DNA of 64,000 bases from assembly GCA_000004985.1 (NCBI GenBank), contig GG738921.1; one strand, given 5' to 3'. Each line of letters starts with the position of its first letter. The stretch's first letter is position 1. The notes beneath the pieces are model-generated. The model saw only the letters and a list, made by a program, of their open reading frames with translations, was not told where the DNA came from and ran no database searches. Positions 63,506 to 64,000 of the stretch are shown here, piece by piece. Origin of the DNA: Naegleria gruberi. Its lineage: Eukaryota. Position numbers and translations under genes: made by a program.

Positions 63506-64000
63506 ATGGAAAGTTATTGTTCATTGGATGAAGACAAGATGATGATGTATTCAAAGAAGCCGGATAATAGTAATGATAACGATAATAGTACTGGAACACA
63601 AACATCATCAAATTGTGGATGTATTGAAAATAATAACAATGATGAAGAAGTAGAACAACAACATGCTGACCAGCAACAACAACAACAGAAAATAGATAAT
63701 GATGAATTGTTAATGGAAATGATTCTAAATAACATACTGCCTATTAATGATAGCAGTGATGATAGTATTACAGCAATATCATCATCCTCAGCAAAATTAT
63801 TATCTAATAATTATTATAATACAGAAAGTAACAATAATTTATCTACCGAAGAAGAACCATCATCATCAACAATGGAAGAAGAGCAAGCTACACTATTGGC
63901 TGATGAAGAATCTGCCAATTATAACATTATCTCTGATTCTTGCTCTACTACATCATCTAACAACTCTAATAACACAACATGCTCAACAAGCACTAATTAT
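63506..64000 (+). CDS. 5' part of a gene running off the window. N/S/D/Q-rich low-complexity N-terminus.
   Basis: ATG at 63506 (MESYCSLDEDKMMMYSKKPDNSND...). Open to the window edge. Not in the ORF track because it has no in-window stop. The minus-strand ORF 63514..63735 is antisense to it. Confidence 0.35.
   Translation, partial: MESYCSLDEDKMMMYSKKPDNSNDNDNSTGTQTSSNCGCIENNNNDEEVEQQHADQQQQQQKIDNDELLMEMILNNILPINDSSDDSITAISSSSAKLLSNNYYNTESNNNLSTEEEPSSSTMEEEQATLLADEESANYNIISDSCSTTSSNNSNNTTCSTSTNY

Noticed and set aside
1-64000. Prokaryotic-style features (CRISPR arrays, operons, Shine-Dalgarno-led gene clusters, phage defence islands).
   Set aside because: The sequence has spliceosomal introns, eukaryotic tRNA-Tyr with an intron, polyQ tracts and monocistronic genes with A-rich leaders. 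No direct-repeat/spacer architecture was found.

Overview
The window is AT-rich (about 65-70% AT) nuclear DNA from a eukaryote. Gene density is high and introns are very short (41-119 nt), with GTAAGT-type donors and AG acceptors. Coding polyQ and polyN tracts (CAA/CAG runs) are common. tRNA genes sit in intergenic regions, and one of them has an anticodon-loop intron. All of this fits an amoebozoan of the dictyostelid type (Polysphondylium/Cavenderia-like). It is not a prokaryotic locus: there are no operons and no CRISPR array. There are two assembly gaps (N runs at 14327..15520 and 60934..60983).

I resolve about 40 protein-coding genes. The confidently recognised ones are VPS53, an ABCB half-transporter, PheRS beta, a PTGR1-like reductase, a CAD-family alcohol dehydrogenase, and an ARL GTPase. 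Other calls:
- two kinases: a receptor-like TKL kinase spanning the large gap, and an atypical kinase fused to DUF4116-like repeats
- a PARP-like mono-ADP-ribosyltransferase
- five F-box genes: F-box/LRR/MATH, an F-box-like LRR protein, F-box/LRR, F-box/SPRY, and F-box fused to a Rab-like GTPase
- two RCC1-like proteins and a Kelch-repeat protein
- a Zn2Cys6-like regulator
- three tRNA-related loci: tRNA-Glu(UUC), an intron-containing tRNA-Tyr(GUA), and a tRNA-Gly-like element that has lost its anticodon arm

The most interesting observations:
1. A T4 Rnl2-family RNA ligase gene whose reading frame is interrupted at an A5 run.
2. A protein combining a HEPN-like Rx4-6H RNase motif with a C-terminal TAP-C (NXF1-type, FG-nucleoporin-binding) domain.
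3. A bacterial-type COG2085/F420-dependent NADP-oxidoreductase-like gene without introns, which is a candidate horizontal transfer.
4. An actin-family locus riddled with frameshifts.
5. A GC-enriched, hairpin-rich intergenic element flanked by convergent T-runs, which may be a non-coding RNA gene.
6. A recurring TTTCGAATA motif at gene boundaries.

Coordinates for splice junctions were derived by hand and are approximate where stated. Several M-start ORFs in the supplied track actually begin at TTG or GTG, so true start codons were re-checked where possible.
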